From positions 1-60,896 of IMG/VR virus record IMGVR_UViG_3300022723_000068: a stretch of 60,896 bases of DNA. One strand, 5' to 3'. Below the pieces are notes generated by a model. The model worked only from the letters and a program-made list of their open reading frames with translations, made no database searches and was not told where the DNA came from. Shown piece by piece: positions 10,450 to 19,902 of the stretch (positions within the stretch are counted from its first letter, which is position 1; every line of letters begins with the position of its first letter). Both the position numbers and the translations under genes were made by a program. The stretch comes from a virus. Taxonomy: Duplodnaviria > Caudoviricetes.

Positions 10450-10883
10450 GCTCGAATCTCGTCGATCGATGCGCGAAACAACGTCCCCTTCTGGGCCTGA
10501 TCACGAAGATCCGCCCAAAGGTCGCCAAGCTCAGGGTGGGAGATCACCTTGAGGACCTCGTCGGGCGAGAACTCCAGAACCTCACCAGACTCGGGGTCCT
10601 CGATGCCCCTCACCCACTGGCCTTCTTCATCTCCCGGGAGCTCCCAGTTGACGATGATAGTCTCGGCGAAGGCCTCGCGAAGAAGTCGTTGAGCGACCTT
10701 CTCGCTCATGGTCTCCGTCTGAATGGCGCGGAGATACGGCTTCGTCTTCTTCTCGATGCACTTGTCGAACGCCTTGTTGGTGCCGCCTGCGCGGCTGATC
10801 GTGACTCTGAAGTCTCCGTAGTCCAGTATCACACCCTTAGACTCAAGATCGGTATCGACCCTGAACTTGTCATATGCACCCAT
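10440..10883 (-). CDS. Tail assembly chaperone (gpG-like)
   Basis: 147 aa between tail tube and tape measure; ends GCG GGA AAC TGA. Confidence 0.85.
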   Translation of the reverse strand: MGAYDKFRVDTDLESKGVILDYGDFRVTISRAGGTNKAFDKCIEKKTKPYLRAIQTETMSEKVAQRLLREAFAETIIVNWELPGDEEGQWVRGIEDPESGEVLEFSPDEVLKVISHPELGDLWADLRDQAQKGTLFRASIDEIRAGN

Positions 10884-10909
10884 GTTGCACTCCTCTGCTA
10901 GGGTGGGTA

Positions 10910-12712
10910 TTACACGTCGGCCGCATCCGGCAGATAGTCGTAGAAGACCATCATCAGGGTGTGGTCGAGCGCGGTGTCGAGCTTGGCGGCAGTGGCGGCC
11001 TCTAGGGAGAGCGGCAGCGTGATGGGCTGATCCTTCTCCACGTTGAGCCGGCCTTCGCCGAGAGCGATCAGCGGCACGTCGATAGAGATGCCGCCGTTAG
11101 CCTTAACGAGATGCATGTCGAGCGTCACGTCCGAGTTGTTGCGCACGGCCTGGACCGAGGCGACGTCGGCGAAGTACGCCGTGACGTTGCCGTTGACCAC
11201 GAAGTCGCCCGCCGTCACCTCGAAGGCGCCGAGCACACCGACCGCCTTGTTGGGCGTCACGCCGTTGTTGATTGTCAGCGTGAGCTCAGTCACGTAGGCG
11301 AACAGCGCATCGGGATTCTCAGCCGTGAGACTGTGAACCGACATCTTGATGCGGCTGAAGTCGGACGACGTGTTGAAGGCGTCGGCGTCCTGCAGCGTCG
11401 GCCGCGAACCCGTCTTGAGAGCCGTGGCTGCATCTATCTGCGTGTTGTTGATCGCCACGAATGAGAGGTCGCAGACGAGCTTGTCGGCGGTCGGGACCTG
11501 GAAGCTGAACTCGTTCGCCACGGCGCCTACCAGATACTCCGCCTGGATGTCTGACGGAGACGCCGTGTCGGGGGCGCCGAGCGTCCGCTCGAGCTGCAGG
11601 GTCCGACGGACCTGATTAGTCGCGTCCGACTCGTTCTTGAGAACGCGACCGAACCAGAAACGCACCGTACGAGATCCGGAACTGGTCTCGGCGATCATCG
11701 TGGTCGCAGACTTGTCGACGACCAAGGCGTTAGCGCTGACGCTTCGAACACGCTTGAAACCGTTGTTCTGGCTGTTGCTAAACCCCTGTAGACCCGTATC
11801 GCCGCCGACGTAGATCCACTCGCCCGGGATAAGACCCAGCGTCGTGAAATCGAGCGCCGTCGACGTATACGTCGCGTAGTTGCCGGATACCGAGACGTCG
11901 ATGTCGTCCGCCGTGGCCTGGTGACCTACACGGACTGCGCGGGCGTCGGTGTCGCCGGCCAGCGTTTCATCGGCGAGATCTGTGGTCACGTTGAGCTCGA
12001 CGTTCGTCGCGAGCTCATCGGAGTCGACCAGATGCAGACCGTTGTTGCCGGTCTCGGTGACGAAACCGGTCACGTAGACGATGTCGTTCTCCTGCCAGTC
12101 CTCGGCGATATTGGTGAGCGTGAGATCAGCCGTCGCGGACGAACCTGAACCCGTCGCCGTCACGAGCGCGTTGGCCGTAGTCGTGGGGTCGGTGTTGTAG
12201 GCGCCACCGTAGATGATGTCGAGGCCAGTGATGCCTCCGGAGCCGTCGACGCTGGTGACCTGGAAAGTCGCCGTCTCGGCGCCCGTGCCGGTGGCCGTGA
12301 CGAAGTCGCCGACGGCGTATCCCGAGCCCGCCGCGTTGACGGCTACCGCAGAGACCGTGCGGTTGTGGAGCTCGAAGTGTTCGCCCGTGCCGTCGGCCGA
12401 GTCGATGTAGGCCTCGTCCTTGCGCCGGAAGAGCGCGAAGCAGAACGACTGCAGAAGATCCTGCATGTTGTCCTGGGTGAGGTCTGTGCCGAAGCCGCCG
12501 GACGCGTCGAGGTCCGTCACTACACCCTTCTTGCGCTGACGACCGGCGTTGATCGGGGCGCGGGCGACGGTCGTGAGCTGGCCGCCGAACTCCTGGTAGC
12601 CGTTCGGCTCCAGAGCGTTCCATATCGGGCTCGGCGGGAGTACACCGATAGCCGTCTCTACGGCGTATCGGAGGCCCGAGACGTTGCTGTCGATCTTCTG
12701 TAGCTGAGCCAT
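10910..12712 (-). CDS. Major tail tube protein with inserted domain
   Basis: 600 aa; RQRKKGVVTDLDASGG motif of YuA-like tubes; strong RBS AAGGAGAG; precedes the chaperones. Confidence 0.85.
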   Translation of the reverse strand: MAQLQKIDSNVSGLRYAVETAIGVLPPSPIWNALEPNGYQEFGGQLTTVARAPINAGRQRKKGVVTDLDASGGFGTDLTQDNMQDLLQSFCFALFRRKDEAYIDSADGTGEHFELHNRTVSAVAVNAAGSGYAVGDFVTATGTGAETATFQVTSVDGSGGITGLDIIYGGAYNTDPTTTANALVTATGSGSSATADLTLTNIAEDWQENDIVYVTGFVTETGNNGLHLVDSDELATNVELNVTTDLADETLAGDTDARAVRVGHQATADDIDVSVSGNYATYTSTALDFTTLGLIPGEWIYVGGDTGLQGFSNSQNNGFKRVRSVSANALVVDKSATTMIAETSSGSRTVRFWFGRVLKNESDATNQVRRTLQLERTLGAPDTASPSDIQAEYLVGAVANEFSFQVPTADKLVCDLSFVAINNTQIDAATALKTGSRPTLQDADAFNTSSDFSRIKMSVHSLTAENPDALFAYVTELTLTINNGVTPNKAVGVLGAFEVTAGDFVVNGNVTAYFADVASVQAVRNNSDVTLDMHLVKANGGISIDVPLIALGEGRLNVEKDQPITLPLSLEAATAAKLDTALDHTLMMVFYDYLPDAADV

Positions 12713-12753
12713 TCTGGTGCTCTCCTTAAGTTGAGACGAGTCCGAACTTTGGG

Positions 12754-12768
12754 CTCCATGGCTCTATC
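12754..12768 (-). promoter_or_regulatory. Conserved leader motif GATAGAGCCATGGAG (copy 1)
   Basis: Identical 15-mer at 21495-21509; both lie at the 3' end of a stem-loop upstream of a major virion gene. Confidence 0.55.
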
Positions 12769-12803
12769 GCTCGGGTGTGGGCGCCAGACCCACCGAGTGG
12801 AGC

Positions 12804-13262
12804 CTATCTTACCTCGTCGTACTCGAAATCTACAAGTACATTAACCTGTGTGTAGTCCCCATCCGTACCGATCTCGGCGGGCCTTATGTTGCTAAAGGTG
12901 ATCTGCCCAGGGTCCGTCCGCACCCCCTCGAACGCTCGCATGGCGACCAGGGTCATGGCGTCGAGAGTCGTGAACCCGTCACCCTTAGGCGCGAAGAGGC
13001 CAACTGTGGCCACACCGAAACGTCTGTAGCGCCGCCTACCATCCTCAGAGGTGCCCAGAGCCACTTGCCCTCCGGCGCCCGGGTTGTGGCGGATGGTGAG
13101 ACGAGCCCAGGGTAGCGGCCTGCTCGATGTCTTCTCAGGCGTGTCGCCCTGAGCGACGTCCTCGTACTTGACGAAGTAGTCTTGAGTGCCTGAGTCAGCC
13201 AACCAGGCGATTCTGAACGTCGCCTGGATCTCGTCGCGAGCCTGCGCAACTGTGGCGGTCAT
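12804..13262 (-). CDS. Tail terminator protein
   Basis: 152 aa directly upstream of the tube gene; PWARLTIRH and F-x-YDE C-terminus. Confidence 0.75.
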   Translation of the reverse strand: MTATVAQARDEIQATFRIAWLADSGTQDYFVKYEDVAQGDTPEKTSSRPLPWARLTIRHNPGAGGQVALGTSEDGRRRYRRFGVATVGLFAPKGDGFTTLDAMTLVAMRAFEGVRTDPGQITFSNIRPAEIGTDGDYTQVNVLVDFEYDEVR

Positions 13263-13645
13263 CGCCTAATCCCCACGAAGTAGAGGAGCGTTACGCCGGC
13301 TGGCTTCAGGACCTCGACGCCCTCGATGTTGTAGCGCACTCCGTCGAACAAAACTTCGTCGTAGCCTCTGACGTCCGTCTCTACTGCGGCGATCAAGATC
13401 GCCTCCGAACGCTTGACGAAGCCCTCCTTGGCGACGCGCAGACCCAGGCGAGTCGAAGACTCAGGTTCTACGCGTACCGCACTACCCAAGACCTCGGTCT
13501 CATCCGACGAGGGATCTGCAGCGCCTCGCCACGGTTGTGAGACGTCCGCGGGCGTCGCGTTGAGCTGGTAGAACGTGCAAGCGGCGCCGTTGGCTGCGAC
13601 TAAAGTCGCGGCTCTCGTTCTCAACGCCTCGTAGTCGATCGCCAC
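13259..13645 (-). CDS. Head closure / stopper protein
   Basis: 128 aa; position after the adaptor; EVLKPAGVTLLY motif. Confidence 0.7.
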   Translation of the reverse strand: MAIDYEALRTRAATLVAANGAACTFYQLNATPADVSQPWRGAADPSSDETEVLGSAVRVEPESSTRLGLRVAKEGFVKRSEAILIAAVETDVRGYDEVLFDGVRYNIEGVEVLKPAGVTLLYFVGIRR

Positions 13646-14502
13646 TAGCGAATAACCCCGCCGCCCTGGACCAAGAGGTCCGTGAGATATGCATCCGCCT
13701 TCGGATACGCTCGAATCTCAACATCGGCCGTCGACGAATACTCGATCTCGTCCTCGATCGGCCCCACCTTCGTCCTCGTGCGTACGACCTCTCGGCCGCT
13801 GTCGGGGTAGGTGGGGTCTGGGTCGAGATCCGTACCACAGAGAATTCTGTAGGCGTACTCTGCGATCGCGTGCTTGAGCTGCAGCGGAATGAAGTCAAGA
13901 GAGTTTCCGTAGCGGTCGATCAGAAACGCACGCGGGAACTCAAGCGGCTGCGGTATGAAGGCGTCGTAGCCACCGGACAGAGTCGCGAAGTTGAACGAGA
14001 GTACGGAGCTTGACTCGGTGCTTTCGTGGACGTTGCCCGGTGTCCCGGCAGCGAGCGAGTAGAACACGGCCCTGTCGCCGGTGAAGGTGACACCCTCGAG
14101 CTCCGTGCTAGCGGCGTAGCCGGCCCCGCCGTTAACGGCGCTGACCAGGTTGGACACGCTGGCGGAGGCGGAGACCCCGATCTCGACGTCGTAGTCCACC
14201 GCCGCCGTTGTTCTAAATGTGTACGTGTTGCTACCCAAGGTTACCGTGTCACCGTCAGACGGGACGCCGGTCGCCGTGAGAGTGGCTCGAGCGAAACGAA
14301 GATCAGAGTACCGCTTGACCCCCTTGAACAGACGCCCGAAACGACGATCGACGTAGTCGGTGGCTCTGATGATAGACTGCTCGACCGAGCCGTCGTACTC
14401 CAGGGGATTGCCTCGAGCAGCGTGGTACTGCTTGAATTCGTTCGCCGTGATGTAGGCGTTCGCCGAGGCGATCCCTGAGCCGTCTTCTACGATGAGAGTC
14501 AC
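13645..14502 (-). CDS. Head-tail adaptor (DnaT-like family) with internal insertion
   Basis: LIVEDGSG..ANAY, ATDYVD, QPLEFPR and KVGPIE motifs. Confidence 0.8.
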   Translation of the reverse strand: MTLIVEDGSGIASANAYITANEFKQYHAARGNPLEYDGSVEQSIIRATDYVDRRFGRLFKGVKRYSDLRFARATLTATGVPSDGDTVTLGSNTYTFRTTAAVDYDVEIGVSASASVSNLVSAVNGGAGYAASTELEGVTFTGDRAVFYSLAAGTPGNVHESTESSSVLSFNFATLSGGYDAFIPQPLEFPRAFLIDRYGNSLDFIPLQLKHAIAEYAYRILCGTDLDPDPTYPDSGREVVRTRTKVGPIEDEIEYSSTADVEIRAYPKADAYLTDLLVQGGGVIR

Positions 14503-14870
14503 TTGGTGATGTCCTGTTGAAACGTATACTTGTTCTTGGCGATCGTCTTCTTGAGACCTCCGGCGTCGGTTTGCTCTATATCGTACCAGTACTGGCCGAC
14601 GGCCTGGTCCGCCTCAGAACCTGCGTTCCACCGAACCTCGATCTCCCCGGCCGCGGCGTCGGTGATCACGCCTGCGATCTGGACGAGCTCCGTACCAATA
14701 GAGAGGTCCGGGTCTGGGTCCTTGTGCGTATTGATCGTGAACACGAAGGCGAAGCTCGTGACGTCCCGGGCGTCTCCGTTCTCGTCCAGGATGGTGAATC
14801 TGTCCGGCGCCGTGTCTCCTCGCTTACGGACGATCGCGGAGCCGAGAAGTTCGTTGGTCAGATCAGCCAT
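14499..14870 (-). CDS. BppU-like virion protein
   Basis: KRGDT N-terminus and GQYWYDIE motif. Confidence 0.55.
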   Translation of the reverse strand: MADLTNELLGSAIVRKRGDTAPDRFTILDENGDARDVTSFAFVFTINTHKDPDPDLSIGTELVQIAGVITDAAAGEIEVRWNAGSEADQAVGQYWYDIEQTDAGGLKKTIAKNKYTFQQDITK

Positions 14871-17133
14871 CGAGGTTCTGCCTGCTGTTGTAGTCGGGCG
14901 CTGTCAACGATTGTACCGCGTTGAAGAGACTCACGAGGATCTGCTGAGTACTGTTCGGTATCCTCTCGGCGGAGGCGTCGAAGATCGTGGCCAGTACGCT
15001 CGACTGAAGCGCCACTGTGGCCAAGAGCCCTCCACGAGCAAGAAGCACGGCCGCGACAGACGACTGCATCTGCACAGAAGAGGCGATCCCGCCTCCCGAC
15101 GTAATGTCGGCCGTAATCGACGACACTGTCGGGACCACTGCGTCGGTGCGACCAAGAAGACGGCCGTCCGCCGTGACGTCGAAACCCGAGTTGATCGTAC
15201 TCTGGAGAGCCCCTTCGGCCTCGAGATCTCCAGCGACATCAAATACGATGGCCGGTGTGGCCGCCAGCGCGCCCGTGGCGGATAGCTCAGACACGATGGA
15301 GAAGGCCGTAGCGACCGCGGCGTTGAGACCACCGTCGCCGACGAAGCTAAGATCGGGCACGACTGATAGCGCCGCGCTGATCGAGCCCTCTGCGTCGCCC
15401 ATAGCAGAGAGCGCAGCGGAAAGAGAAACAGCGATTGCCAGATCGGCGGAGAGCTCCCCTCTGGCGGAGAGCTCACCGGAGAGACTGGTTACGGCAGCGG
15501 CGGCGCCTTGGAGATCGCCCGAGGCTCTGAGATCCGCCGCCACAGAGATCGCGAGAGCTATCGCCGCGTCGAGCTCGCCCTGCGCTATTAGATCCGCCAC
15601 TACGTCGGCCACGATAGGCAGAGAAGCGGTGATCGAGGCGTTGCTGGCGTTGGTCAAGGTACCGCTGGCATTGGCGAGCACAGAGGCTACGGCGGCTACG
15701 TCTCCGAGAGCTGTCAAGTCTGCCGCCAGAGATAACTGAGAAGCCGCCTCCGCAGAAAGACTTCCCACGGCGTCCAAGTCGGCGACGAGAGCGCTAGTGA
15801 TCGCTAGAGCCGCCTCCAGATCTCCCTGAGAGGCGAGAGTCGCGGCGACAGCCGTCACGATAGACAAGGCGCCGTCCAGATCACCAGAAGCGGAGAGATC
15901 TGCTGCGACAGAGATCGCGGTCGACAGGTCGCCGGCCAGAGCGCCTGAGGCGTCGAGATCTGCAGCCACCGTTACGGCCGCGTCGACAGTAGCGGCGATG
16001 TCCCCGCCGTCCTCTGGTGCGGGGTTTAGTACGATCGCGCCGATTGATGAGTAAGACTCAACCGCCATATCAACTGTCGTCGATCCAGCGTCAGCATCAA
16101 ACGCAACAACTTCAAAACGATGACTGTTGATCGACTGATCATCTTCTAGTGTGTTGTCGTCGGGCGTGATCGAGATTGAAGATCCACTGAACCGCTGCGC
16201 GTAGGCGAGTCCGACCTGCCCCGTTGACGACGTCAATGTCAATTGCATTGCATCGCCGCCACCCGACGCGTTATTCAGGTCAACGTCAGAGTCCCCGACA
16301 AGTGCTGCAATACTAGAGACATCAAAGTCGTTGTTAAGGTAGACTGCGATAATTTCGCCGCCTTCGTCCGGCGCGGTGTCGCTCCAAGCCCACGCCAGCG
16401 ACACAGTGCCGATTGACGGACTTAGTAGAGCACCGATACCAACATGAGCGCCGTAAGTTGTCGTTGCTTGATTTTGTAAGGGCGCGGTGAAATCTACCGA
16501 ATCACCATCAATGGTTACGGAGGTAACATCATCACCCGGGCCACCGTCCCACATGCCGGTGAAAACAATAATTGCTGCCGTGCCGGACGGCACGGTAATG
16601 TTCGCTGAACTACTTGCCGCCCCACTTGCATCAACGACCTCAGAGCCGAGAATACTGTCTACTGCATCGGCCATTACGCCGCCCCCAGCTGTCGATGATT
16701 CCCACGTAACAACAAGATTTGTAATAGCCCCTGGGATTGCTTGGGGCTCGCCATCAATGAAATACGTCGCCACGCCGCTATGCTGACTTTCCTCGTCGGC
16801 GCTGTTGAACGCCGTTGCGACGAAGCGACATTCGGTATTGTCTGGAAGGCTCTGCCAGACATAGCTATCGGCCGCTGACGGCAGATTCTGAACCGTGCGT
16901 GGGTAGCCTGACTCCGATCCGCACTCGGCGTACAGATTGTACCCGGCCAGATCGGTGAGCAGCGTGCCGTCTTCGTTGTGCGTAGGCGCGCTCCAACTCA
17001 GTGTTGCTTCGCCTGCGAGCGACGCTGCCGTGCAGATCGTTAGTACGAGGGTCGATGCCGCACACAGGGCGATGCGCCGCACCCTCTGCCAGAGGGTAGT
17101 CGCACAGGAATGTGCGGCACCGACGCGCCACAT
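14863..17133 (-). CDS. Large chimeric protein: signal peptide, Fn3-like domain, beta domain and Ala-rich ~19-aa repeats
   Basis: ATG at 17133 overlaps the upstream TGA; ATLSWSAPTHNEDG..LAGYNLY Fn3 signature; repeats like AADLxAxGxLxA. The track start at 17508 lies inside the upstream gene. Confidence 0.7.
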   Translation of the reverse strand: MWRVGAAHSCATTLWQRVRRIALCAASTLVLTICTAASLAGEATLSWSAPTHNEDGTLLTDLAGYNLYAECGSESGYPRTVQNLPSAADSYVWQSLPDNTECRFVATAFNSADEESQHSGVATYFIDGEPQAIPGAITNLVVTWESSTAGGGVMADAVDSILGSEVVDASGAASSSANITVPSGTAAIIVFTGMWDGGPGDDVTSVTIDGDSVDFTAPLQNQATTTYGAHVGIGALLSPSIGTVSLAWAWSDTAPDEGGEIIAVYLNNDFDVSSIAALVGDSDVDLNNASGGGDAMQLTLTSSTGQVGLAYAQRFSGSSISITPDDNTLEDDQSINSHRFEVVAFDADAGSTTVDMAVESYSSIGAIVLNPAPEDGGDIAATVDAAVTVAADLDASGALAGDLSTAISVAADLSASGDLDGALSIVTAVAATLASQGDLEAALAITSALVADLDAVGSLSAEAASQLSLAADLTALGDVAAVASVLANASGTLTNASNASITASLPIVADVVADLIAQGELDAAIALAISVAADLRASGDLQGAAAAVTSLSGELSARGELSADLAIAVSLSAALSAMGDAEGSISAALSVVPDLSFVGDGGLNAAVATAFSIVSELSATGALAATPAIVFDVAGDLEAEGALQSTINSGFDVTADGRLLGRTDAVVPTVSSITADITSGGGIASSVQMQSSVAAVLLARGGLLATVALQSSVLATIFDASAERIPNSTQQILVSLFNAVQSLTAPDYNSRQNLDG

Positions 17134-17546
17134 CAGTTGACCACTACGCTGACGCTGCACCCGCCTGATGGGCAGTCGACCGTAATGCTCAGATTTTCGA
17201 TCACACCCGGTAGCGGCAGGTCGGCGACGGTGACTGTTGCGACCGGGCCGGGATCTGGCTGCTCGCCCGTCGCGTTGAAGGCTCTTACACAAACCTCGTA
17301 GCTGCCGTCGACCGGGAATGCGCTTGTGAACGAATCGCCGCTGTTGACGCTCGCGAACGCCGGCCCGGTGCTCCCTGTCGCAGCGCAGTCGTCGATGTAC
17401 AGGTTGTAGCCGTCCGGCGCGCCGCCAGTGGTCGGGTCGTCGAAGGTGATCAGTGTGATGTCGTAGGGTGCTCCGGCGTTGGCTGCAGGCCCTACGAGCA
17501 GCAGACACAAGGCCGTGGAGGCCAGAAAATAGAAGATCTTACGCAT
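17133..17546 (-). CDS. Secreted Fn3-like protein
   Basis: MRKIFYFLASTALCLLLVGPAANA signal peptide; DGYNLY..YEVCVRAFNATGE. Confidence 0.75.
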   Translation of the reverse strand: MRKIFYFLASTALCLLLVGPAANAGAPYDITLITFDDPTTGGAPDGYNLYIDDCAATGSTGPAFASVNSGDSFTSAFPVDGSYEVCVRAFNATGEQPDPGPVATVTVADLPLPGVIENLSITVDCPSGGCSVSVVVN

Positions 17547-17559
17547 GGGTTTTTCTCCG

Positions 17560-18048
17560 TTAGTGAAGGTTGAGACGATAGTTGTCTTCGGCGTTGGTCA
17601 ACGTCCCCGTGACCACCATCCTCTTGCTCGAGTCGCCCGCCCAGGCCTTGGCGGCGCGAGCGGCCTGTCTCAGCCAAGCGTGGTAGACAAGACCGTCAGA
17701 CCAGTGCATGGCTACGCTCTCGTTGTCGAAGCAGATTCTGATAAGCGTCCCCTCGTACTTCGTCGCCCACTCCTCGAGAGTAGGGATTAGACGAGATCGG
17801 CGAAAAGTCCTGTTCGCCCGCGGAGGCTCTTGCGCCTCCGTAATCTCGATGATCTCAGAGATCTCCGCCCAATTCTTGACTGGTTCCCGCTCGAGACGCA
17901 TGGCCTCCTTGCACGCCATGCGCAGATGTCTGGCGATGTCCAGGGCCGTCTGATACGGCACGGCCACTTTCAAGTGACCGAACCGCATGTTGACGAAGTC
18001 GAGCTCCGCCTCGGCCGAACAGGCCTCACGAAGGAGGATGTCGACCAC
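17560..18048 (-). CDS. Hypothetical protein with internal two-fold repeat
   Basis: 162 aa; the halves share A(V/M)xxxxAL/GL-x4-(H/W)LRxA(C/A)(K/R)xA. Confidence 0.6.
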   Translation of the reverse strand: MVDILLREACSAEAELDFVNMRFGHLKVAVPYQTALDIARHLRMACKEAMRLEREPVKNWAEISEIIEITEAQEPPRANRTFRRSRLIPTLEEWATKYEGTLIRICFDNESVAMHWSDGLVYHAWLRQAARAAKAWAGDSSKRMVVTGTLTNAEDNYRLNLH

Positions 18049-18051
18049 GAC

Positions 18052-18501
18052 TTAGTCGAGCGAGATGTCGAGGGCGCCGGCGGCGAACTCGGGCGTGATG
18101 CCGTTGTTGACCACCAGATCCGACGTCAGCTGTCCCCACGCGTCGAGATAGCCCGCGCCGCTGCTGGCGAAGCCGATGCCGACGTCCGTCTCCGTCTCAG
18201 GCCCCGAAGTCGAGGCGCCGAACGTGATCGCGGCGTCGTTGTCGGCGACGCCCGAGGCGATAGTCCAGTTCGACACCGAGCGGCCGACCGAGACGCGGCC
18301 GTAGCCGGTGTACGCGGCCTCGTTCGAGGTCTGCGACGTATCGGCGTCGGTGAGTGCGTCGCCCGTGTGCAGCGAGATGTTGAGACTCCCCGCACCCGAG
18401 GAGGGCTGAAGGCCCGAGGCGTCGCCGATGTTGGGCGCTGCGACGTTCGTCACATACAGGTCGAGGATGTCATCCTCGCGCTGGTTGGTAAAGCCGGCCA
18501 T
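18052..18501 (-). CDS. Virion / minor tail-type protein
   Basis: ISLHTGD..EAAYTGYGRVSV..N..AITF motif common in phage structural proteins. Confidence 0.7.
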   Translation of the reverse strand: MAGFTNQREDDILDLYVTNVAAPNIGDASGLQPSSGAGSLNISLHTGDALTDADTSQTSNEAAYTGYGRVSVGRSVSNWTIASGVADNDAAITFGASTSGPETETDVGIGFASSGAGYLDAWGQLTSDLVVNNGITPEFAAGALDISLD

Positions 18502-18776
18502 TAGTCAGTCTCCTGTTCCGTGGAGTCGTCGAAGGCGGCTGCGCCCCCGGCGGCGTCGTTCAGCGCCTGATCGATCTGCGCTACCTTGACCGCGCGAGCA
18601 GCCTGCCGCTCTGCAGTCTGCTTGGCCTTGATTCGGACCTGTTCAGGTTGGGCGGCGTACTTCTCAGAGTAGCCCTCCCTACCCTTCGCAGCCAGACGAG
18701 CCAGCTGGGCCTGCTTGCGAGCTGCACGTACGGCGGGATCTCGTCGAGCGATCTTCGCGTTGTTCAGGTTTGACAT
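18501..18776 (-). CDS. Hypothetical basic helical protein
   Basis: ATG at 18776 preceded by GGAGAG; stop abuts the next start. Confidence 0.6.
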   Translation of the reverse strand: MSNLNNAKIARRDPAVRAARKQAQLARLAAKGREGYSEKYAAQPEQVRIKAKQTAERQAARAVKVAQIDQALNDAAGGAAAFDDSTEQETD

Positions 18777-18813
18777 GTGTCTCTCCAAAAATCTCGTGGC
18801 TACTGTACCACGA

Positions 18814-19212
18814 CTACTTCGCCTCGAACCTGCCGAAGGCGACCTGCTGTCCAGAGGCGTCGAACCCGACCACCTCGAAGAACCCCGCCCCATCCGGCGT
18901 CGCTGTCTTTCTGATCTGCACAAGATCTCCTCTGGAGATCGCGCCGCCGGCGAGAGTCGCGGGGGCGGCGGGGATCGCGCCGCGACTGGAGCCGTTTACC
19001 AAAAGCTGAACGGTCAGAGCTCCGTACCCGGTGAGGCTCCACGTCGTCGCAGAGCCGAGGTCTCTGGTGGCGCGTCCCGCCGGGAGCGAACCAGACAGAG
19101 GAAGATCTACGGCGCCACCTCCGCCATCGAACGTCTGCAGACGCGGCCACTGCACGGGGAAGCGCGCTCGGCGACCAGTCCTTCTCAACGCTGTGTTGGA
19201 GGTAAGCGCCAC
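18814..19212 (-). CDS. Hypothetical virion-associated protein
   Basis: 132 aa in the head operon; fills the gap between neighbours. Confidence 0.55.
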   Translation of the reverse strand: MALTSNTALRRTGRRARFPVQWPRLQTFDGGGGAVDLPLSGSLPAGRATRDLGSATTWSLTGYGALTVQLLVNGSSRGAIPAAPATLAGGAISRGDLVQIRKTATPDGAGFFEVVGFDASGQQVAFGRFEAK

Positions 19213-19214
19213 AA

Positions 19215-19889
19215 CTAGTTCTTCGTGGCTCTCGGCGGCGGGCGTTCAGAACCTCGAGCCGGCTTACGCTTCGCCATCGCCTGATCGATCGGAGCCTTGC
19301 CAGTTCCTCTGATGATCTCGGCCACGCCAGACTCCTGCAGGAGCCTACGCTTGGCGGCCTTGTCCTGGTTGATGCTGTTCTGGTTGCGAATGTAGCGCAT
19401 GATCTCCGACTGATCGTAGTTCGACGGGGTGATCTGGTCGATGCGCTTGCCGATAGCGGAGATCTGATTCTCGATCACCCTGCGCTTCTCACGAAGCTTG
19501 GCCTCCTTCTTCGATACGCCCACCAGACGCTGCTCGAGCTCGGCTCGCTGAGCCTGAAGGATGTCCATCGGCGAGGGCTTGTTGGACTCTTCATCGCGGG
19601 CCTGCGCCGCTTCCCAATCTGCGAGTTGCTCCTGGAGAGTGAGCTCGCTGTCGGGGCTGTACGCACCCTCTGGCATATCGTCGATCGTGAGCTCGTCCGT
19701 GCCATCGAACGTCGCTGTCGCTGCCGCCGCCTCGCGATTGAAGTCCGGCGACGCGGCCGTCACGTCCGCTCGCTTGATCGATTCGTCTCCGACCAGAGCT
19801 TCGACGGCGTCCATGCGGGGCAAGCCGTCGCCCGTCCAGTGCTCGTCGTTCTTCGGATCGAGCTGCTTGAGTGCTTCCAAGATGTCCAT
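19215..19889 (-). CDS. Conserved phage protein (LDP-x-NDEHWT-x-DG-x-P motif, coiled coil)
   Basis: The motif is typical of proteins encoded just downstream of the capsid gene; RBS AGGAGA. Confidence 0.7.
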   Translation of the reverse strand: MDILEALKQLDPKNDEHWTGDGLPRMDAVEALVGDESIKRADVTAASPDFNREAAAATATFDGTDELTIDDMPEGAYSPDSELTLQEQLADWEAAQARDEESNKPSPMDILQAQRAELEQRLVGVSKKEAKLREKRRVIENQISAIGKRIDQITPSNYDQSEIMRYIRNQNSINQDKAAKRRLLQESGVAEIIRGTGKAPIDQAMAKRKPARGSERPPPRATKN

Positions 19890-19902
19890 GTGTCGTTCTC
19901 CT

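Noticed and set aside
17134-17508. N-terminal 125 aa of the 881-aa ORF
   Set aside because: It overlaps the 17133-17546 gene in another frame; the TGATG junction gives a better start at 17133.
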